64,000 nt of DNA, taken from the NCBI RefSeq assembly GCF_009914755.1, contig NC_060925.1, one strand, 5' to 3'. The stretch is from the human T2T-CHM13v2.0 reference genome, Homo sapiens. This document shows, piece after piece, positions 55,831-64,000 of the stretch. Made by a program: the position numbers and the translations under genes. How positions within the stretch are numbered: position 1 is the stretch's first letter; each line of letters starts with the position of its first letter. The notes under the pieces were generated by a model. It was not told the origin of the DNA. It did no database searches and worked only from the letters and a program-made list of their open reading frames with translations.

Positions 55831-57105
55831 GTCTATATGGTATCAATCCTTCTTCTGCCATTTGCTTTAGTTTCAGTGCCCATATCATAGATGGTTCATG
55901 TCATACAAGAAGCCAAAAATGGTCTTGAATAATCAGAATGCGCCTGCCAGATTATCTAATGTCAATTTGTTTTCTGGCACTGCACTGTTTTTTCTATGCC
56001 TTCTTTCTCATCATCTGGCACTGGTTTGGAAGCATTCATCTGCATCAAGTCATCGTCTGTTAATTCCTCCGGTGTGGTGTCTTTTAGCTCTTGAATTCCT
56101 CCAAGACCCACATCTGGAAACCCTTCACCCCTGCCCCCCACCTTTTTGCCATCTCCACAGTCTCTTTTATGATTTTTTTGATTGGCTCTATCATAAATCC
56201 TGGGAAGTCATGCTCAATATCTGGACAGTTTTCCCCAGCATAAATGTATTATTTCAGACTTGATGGCTTTTGTGGCTTTTTCTGTAATAACAATGGCATC
56301 TCTGATGGTGTAATCCTTCCAGACAGAATAAATGATGTTCTGTCTATCAGGGCTGTCTTCCATAGCATTGACAATCCTTCCATAGAGTACTGTGTATAAT
56401 GAGCCTTAAAGGTCCTTATGATCCCCTAATCTAGGGACTGAATTAGAGACATTGTGTTTGGGGGCAATTAGACCATTTCAATGGCTGCCATGTTGAATTC
56501 AGGGGATTCTGGGTGCCCAGGAACATTGTCCAATATCAAAAGAACTTTAAAATGCAGTCCTTTACTGGCAAGGTACTTCCTGAGTTCAGGGACAGAACTG
56601 ATAAAACCAATCCAGAAAAAGCATTCCCACTTTTCAGGACTTCTTGTTATATAACCAAAAGACCGGTGACTGGTGTTTATCTTTTCCCTTCAAGGCTCAG
56701 GGGCTAGTGCCTTTATAGATAAAGGCAGTCCTGATCATAAACACAATTGTATTTGCACAAAACAGTAGAGTTATCCTATCCCTTCCTGACTTAAATCCTA
56801 GTGCCTGCTTCTCTTCTGTACTAATAAATATTCATCCTTTGCGGCATTATTTTTCCCCAGAATAAGGCACTTTTATTTGCATGAAGATCCTGTTTAGGCA
56901 GATATCCTTTCTCCTCCATGATTTCCTTACTGGTGTCTGGGAACTTGTCTGCTGTCTCTTGGCTGGTAGAAGCTGCTTCTCCTATTATCCTGACCTTTTT
57001 TAAACCGAAACTCTTTCTAAAACTATCAAACCATCCTTTGCTGGCATTAAATTCTCCAGCTTTAGATCCTTCACCTTCCTTTTTATTTAAGTTGTCATAT
57101 AATAA

Positions 57106-57508
<403 letters not shown>

Positions 57509-59015
57509 TGCTGCATTTTCAATATAAGATAAAAACATAGTTTGCATAAAATGCAAGATTTTCACACATGGCAGTTTAACTGCAGAAATGGCTTTACAAA
57601 TTTCTTTTTCTTTTTTTTTACAATGGTTCTCAATGCTTGATTCTTTTATCTTGAAATGGTGGGCAAACACAGCTGCAGATCTCAATCTATGGTACATATT
57701 AAGCAATTCAGCTTTTTCTGGTAATATCATGAGTTTTCTCTGCTTCTTGTGAGCACTCCAAGCATCACTAGTGGCACTTTTTATGGGCCCCATGGTGCTA
57801 ATCAAGGTTTATTATATTGCACTACACATGATGAAAAATATGTGAGACTGTGAGATCACTTTTTACTGCAATATGCCATTTACTGGAGAGATGAACTGCT
57901 CACGCAGAGATGATTAGCATCGTATGGCATTTTCAGTGTTTGATACTCCCAACCCTTGAGCTCACTGCAATAGCAACAGGAGGTGGCTATACAATTTTTA
58001 ACTGCATAAATTTAAGATTTAAACTACAAAATTTTTAATTGCATAAAATTCACTGTAGTGAGTACTACAGTGAATTGTATGAAATTACGATTCAGTACTG
58101 CATTTTTACATTTGTTTACATTTCTTTCAATTGCAAATGATGCCATATATGGTCTAAGTATTTGTGTGTGCAACTTTTCATAATTTTTAACTCTTAATAT
58201 AATAGTTTGTATATATTTTAAGGTAGTAAGTGATAAAATAGACTAGTATCTACATGTGTGTTATGCATTAATAACATACCTAAATTTTTCTTAATTGAAA
58301 AATATTTCTAGACTACGCAACTCATCTGTGAGATTTTTCAAATTGCTGCAGTTCTCTGAAAATTTTTCCAATATACTTATTGAAAAATATCTATGTATAA
58401 GTGGACCTGCACAGCTCAAACTCATGTTGTTCAAAGGTCAATCGTATATGGAGAATCCTAAAATCCAATAGAGCAGAATCACTCCGCAAATAAATCATTC
58501 CCTGTCTAGAACTCCTTGGGCATGTCCTGTGCTAAAAGCAAATTTCCTCACATTAAATACAATAACAAATATTTAGGCATAAGCACTGGGTGGTTAACCA
58601 TGGTTCTACAAATACTTCCCACTGAACAATACACTGCTGCCTGAGGGAAGTGTAATTATTGTGAATATTTATTAATTAAAAAATGAAAAATATTTACTGT
58701 ATACATATCACAGGAAAGAATATTATAGAAAATAAAAAGAACTAAGAGATGCAGTAATTAATTGTACAATTCAGCTTTGTTTATTTTTAATGTTTTTCCT
58801 GATTATAAAAACAATATATATCCACCATAGAAAATTTGAAAAATATTAAAAGGTACAGGAAAGGAGAGTCATCTATATACTCTACTGTTACCCAAAGACA
58901 ACTGCTAGGAGCTAGTTTTATTCCTATGCAGTTGATTAATAATGCGGATATCGTTTAATTTTGTAACAAAATACAAATATTTTACGTATTTGAGATTCTA
59001 CACAATTTTGCTTCA

Positions 59016-59395
<380 letters not shown>

Positions 59396-60949
59396 AACAC
59401 TAGGAGGTGCATGTTAGGGACCTAGTGAATAACAACACTAGGAGGTGCATGTTAGGGACCCAGTGACTCAAACAGAGAGCATGTGTAGCATGAATTCAGA
59501 TGGAGGAGAGATGGGTTTTTGCATGTTTACGTAGTTAAAGGAGGTTACCTGAAGGGCCAATTCGAATGGGATCTTGAAGTAACGGAAAGTTCCAGTGAAA
59601 GTGGCACTGAAGAGGGAAGGAACAGAACTGTTCTAGGATCTAAGGGAGTTGCTAATGTAGCAAACTCAAAACTGTATGGAGTGAATGTTTGCAGATCTCA
59701 TTCAGGCACTAGAATTCAGCAGGAGGAAGTGGTGAATCCCAGTGTCCCCAGATCTGAAAAATTTTTTTCTGAATATGCAGGTTCCTGAAAAGATAAAAAG
59801 CTGACCTTCAGCATCAAACTACCCTCTGCTGGCAAGCTTCCTGATGCCACACAGTGCCCTGTGTTTGTGCTGCTGACACGTGTCACATGCAAATACAGTG
59901 GTTTATGAAGTGTATTGTCCAGTGTTGTCAAAGAGCTTACAGCTCAGGTGCTGTTCATCCAGGTGTCAGCCCAGTGCCCATAAGACTCAGTGCACAGATA
60001 ATAACTGGCAGCCAGGGCTAGACTGCTCCAGGAGGCAAAAAAGATCATCCATCTTTTGTGTTCTTTCTCTTTTTCAGCATCAAGGCCACCGCCCCCGATA
60101 TAGTCATGGTCTGAAATCGTGGGAGCAAACAAGTGTGGGCGAGCCCATTCCAAGCGCTGACACATAGGGCCTGTTTGGGAGAAAGCAATGAGGCAGCTGA
60201 GTGAATATTGAGATGACCATCTCACTTCAGCACGGGAGTACTCTGAGGACAGGGAGGGTGGGAGAGTGCATGGCTGGGCTGGGGACACCTTCCAAATATG
60301 CATGACAGGACAGAGCAGTGGATGGCATTGGAATACCCTCAGCTCCTCCCCCTGTCATTTGATCTGTTTCTCATCCATCTTTCTTCACTTGCTTCTAGGA
60401 CAGCCCTTTCTTCTTTTCCTTCCTCTCCTTACCTCTCATACCCATGGAGTATGTGTTGAATGAGACATGAGCAGGGACCAATTATGATTTAACACTCACA
60501 GGCAAAGTGTGATTGGAGGGCATGGGTAAGAGACAGTGATGAAGGCAGGAAAATGATAAGCATCACTCAGGCCACCGGTGGTCAGGCCACCATGGGCCTG
60601 TGTGGGCAGGAAGAGGATATGAAGGGGCATCATCTGTCACTGCTGCCTCCTGGCAGGCCCTGTCTGGAGGCTGAGCCCTGATCTGCACACCTCAGAGCAT
60701 AGCCACCTTACCACAATAAGAGGAGTTGGCAACACCCTCAGCCAAAGGTAACAGAGAAGCTGAGCGCCTGCTCCGTCTGTATTCCCTGACAACTGGACGT
60801 GGCACCACTGGGGAGTTAGAGATTCAGGGCTAGAACATTCTGGGTATCCCTGCTTGTGAATCCAAAAATTTTCAGAGGCATCTCAGGGTGACTTTTTGCT
60901 TCACTTGGTTCATTCTTTCCCTCCTCCTCCCCTTGACCTTATAGATGCT

Positions 60950-62350
60950 GGAACCATAACATCTCAGACTTGGAAAGAACCTTAAATGACATCAGCTGAA
61001 TGCTCTTCATTCTACCTCTCTAATTTGTCATTGTTTGCCTTCGGCTTGAACACTCATGAAAGGGAGCTCACTGTTTCTAGAAGCAGCTCATTCCATTGAC
61101 AGTCAACTCAAATGAATAGAATGTTCTCTCGTACAGTGAATTTTAAATGTTACATTCTGTATCTTCCACCCATTAATCTTAGCACTGCCCTTTGAAGACA
61201 TACAAAATAAACTCACATTTTTTTTTCCATGTGTAGCTACCAGATCCTCCTAAGTTTTCTCTTCTCAGGGAAAGCACCTGGAATCCTTCAGCCACTTCTC
61301 TAAGCAGAATTTCCAGACCCATCACCAGCCATGTGCCTCGCATCTGCGTCTGTGCCAGGTCTTTCAGGTTCTTTGTACTGTGCCCCACCTGAACCACCCA
61401 GCACTCTCTGGAAGTGGTGGCTGTCTGCTTCTTCAAGGGCCCCATGTCACAGATAGAGCCTGGGAGCTCATCAGCTGGTGGGAGAGCTTCAGCTTGCTAT
61501 TAATGCATGTGGCCCCTCTGTCCATCCGAATGCTAACTTTTTTCTTTTTTTAGGATTGCCATAAAATACACATAACATAAAATTTAGCATTTTAACCATT
61601 TTTAAGTGTACAATTCAGTGGCATTAAGGACATCCACATTGTTACGCAATCACAACCACCATTTATCTTCAGAATTTTTTCATTTTGAACAATTGAAATT
61701 CCATACCCATTAAACAATCAATCCCCCTTCTCTCTTCTTCCAGCCCCTGGCAACCACCATTTCGCTTTCTGTTTCTGTGAATTTCACTACTCTAGGTACA
61801 CATACCAGTGGAATCATATAGTATTTGTCTTTTTGTGAATGACTTATTTCACTTAGCATAATGTCCTCAAGGTTCATCAAATGTAGAGCAGGTGTCAGAG
61901 TTTCTCTCCTTCTTAAGACTGAATACTATATGGCTGTATGTATGTATCATAATTTTTATCCGTTTATCTGCGGATGGACACTTGGGTTGCTTCCACCTTT
62001 CAGTTACGGTGAATCATGCTGCTATGAACATGAGTATACAAATATCTGTTCAAGTCCCTGCTTCCAATTATTTTGGGTACATACCCAGAGGTGGAATTGC
62101 AAATGCTAACTTTTTGTACTTGTTGCTGATTGACTGGATTTTCCCAACCCTGTATTTGTAAATTTCACTTTTTGATCCCAAGTTCCTATAGAACCACTGT
62201 CTCTACAAATTATTCTCATCATCTCAACCTGTTGAGGTCATGAAGCCCATTGATGCCCAAGTATCATACAACACAGTAGTGATCATTTACATCATTAGCT
62301 CTACATCAGATTAACTTGCAAGGCTCTGTGCCAAGCCCAGAGTTTGTTTC
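60950..62350 (-). mobile_element. L3/CR1 LINE remnant, split by L1MB
   Basis: ggcttgaacactcatgaaagggagctcactgtttctagaagcagctcattccattg; taagttttctcttctcaggg are L3 3' motifs. Confidence 0.65.
61543..62101 (-). mobile_element. 5'-truncated L1MB (L1MB3-like)
   Basis: L1MB 3'UTR; TSD AATGCTAACTTTTT at 61529-61542 and 62102-62115. Confidence 0.92.
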
Positions 62351-63124
62351 TCAGAAAGCATGGTCACCAGTCCACAAATTATGTCAGTTAGAGGGGACAC
62401 TGATGCAGGAAGCAGAAAGAAGCCATGGCCTCTTCCCCCACTCTCTTTACTCCCCCACTCCTACTCCCCTTGATCCCCTCTTTTGTATCTCTGCACTCTT
62501 CTCTGAGTTTTCTTCCATATTCCCATTCTCTTCTAAAACATGCTTGGGGATAGCGTGTGGCATGCTAGGTGGGGGTGAGTCAGCAGAAATGTCAGCTTGT
62601 ATGGTCCCTTTAATCCGTGTTGGGAGGTCCAGAGAGAAGTAGCTAGTCAGCAGTGAGTTACACACAGATCATGTGGAGTAAAGATTTCAAACTTTAGAAG
62701 AAAAAATTCTAACATTTCCGAGATTGCTAACTTCTTTGAAGACAGGAGCATCTGTCTAGAGCAGTGGCCCAGGACGAGGAAGGAAGGCAGCCAACCTGTG
62801 TTATCAGGATTCCCATCAACTCAGACAGCCAGAACCTCAGAAGTCTTTGCATTTCCCAGCCCCATATCCAGGCTCCACTCAACGTACCTCGTCCTGCAGG
62901 ATGAGATCTATGCCCCCATCAGACCACTTCCATGATATTTCCAGTTTCTACTTGTAGTCTGAGGATAATATGATTTAACAATATTTGGTATCCTTGGCCT
63001 AGTTGTGATGTAGAGCTGGGGCAGAGTCTCAGCCAGAGAAGTGAACTATGGAGAAAATGGCAAATTTGTCTGAAGAAAACTTCTAATAATAATTTTTAAA
63101 ATTCAATGTAGTCAAGATGCATGT

Positions 63125-63647
63125 TGTTCCAGTTATCTATTATTGTATAACAAGCTAGCCAAAAACTCGATGGCTTAAGACAGCCATCTGATGATATCTC
63201 AGGATTCAGGCAGAACTCAGCTGGGAGTTCTGTTCCTGGGTAGATAGACAGAGGTAAGACACCCAGTGGTATTCAGCAGGTGGATGCCCTGGTTTGAGAG
63301 TTGAAGATGGCTACACTCATCTATCTGGTGTCTTGGCGAGAATGATAAGGAAGCTGGGCTCACTGGGCTGTCCCTTGAAACACCTACATGTGGCCTCTCC
63401 AGCATGACAGCCTCAAGTTAATCAGACATCTTATGTGATGGCTCAGGGCTCCAAGAGGGGATTGTTCCAGTGAACAAAGTTGGAGGCTGCTGGTCTTTTA
63501 TCATCTAACCTTGGAAATTACCTAGTATCATCTCTTATGTACTCTGTCAGTTGAAGTAGTCACAAGTTTCAAGGATAGGGGACAGAAACCCTACCCTTTG
63601 GTGAGGGACTGTCAAAGAATTTGCAACCATATTTCAAAGCTGCCATA
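63125..63647 (-). mobile_element. MLT1H-like LTR
   Basis: tgttccagttatctattattgtataacaa...cacctacatgtggcctctccagcatg...gtcaaagaatttgcaaccatatttcaaagctgccata. Confidence 0.8.
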
Positions 63648-63651
63648 TACA

Positions 63652-64000
63652 TGTTGGGGGAACCAGCCCCACACCAACCGGCGGGTACCCCGAGTCCAGC
63701 GGAGACACAGGAGTTAGAAAGAGGCAGAATAAGCATTTAAAAGGTGGGTCCAGGGGACCGTTGTGTAGGAGGCTTGCTCATGGCCCAGAGCTCTTGGGCT
63801 CCAACTAATTTATTGTTTTACAAGCTCTTTGTTCTTAGGGCAGATGGGAGGGGGAGGAAGGGATGAGGAAAAGGATTAATCAGTGAAGGAGAACTTGTGA
63901 GTCATTCAATAAGATGTACAGCAGTGGTGGTCTCTGTGAATTTCCTTGAGCAAAGGCGTGTGTCTAAACTACTTAAGATTGCGTGTGTCTAAACTACTTA
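63652..64000 (-). mobile_element. ERVK LTR, LTR14-like (runs off the window)
   Basis: The reverse strand ends ...ggactcggggtacccgccgg...ggggctggttcccccaaca with AATAAA upstream; betaretrovirus-type U5. Confidence 0.75.

Overview
Primate (most likely human) non-coding genomic DNA, AT-rich, CpG-depleted and mostly transposable-element derived. It holds roughly 28 Alu copies or fragments (J, S, Y and monomers), a near full-length decayed L1MA, a 5'-inverted L1PB, many older L1/HAL1/L2/L3/MIR pieces, MaLR elements (MLT1, MST, THE1), an MLT2 LTR, solo ERV1 LTRs (LTR9-like, LTR1-like), an ERVK LTR14-like LTR at the right edge, a decayed class III (ERVL-type) pro-pol region and a full-length Tigger2. 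I found no credible protein-coding gene, RNA gene or CRISPR array; the ORFs in the track are repeat-derived or chance. I cannot support a new biological system. The most unusual signals are locally templated rearrangements: a 340-bp inverted copy, a 178-bp copy dropped into a TA-rich tract, and a fold-back hairpin. Also notable are a CpG-retaining non-repeat island near 40.6-41.1 kb and a head-to-head Alu pair 29 bp apart. Repeat subfamily names come from recall of consensus sequences, and boundaries without a TSD are approximate.
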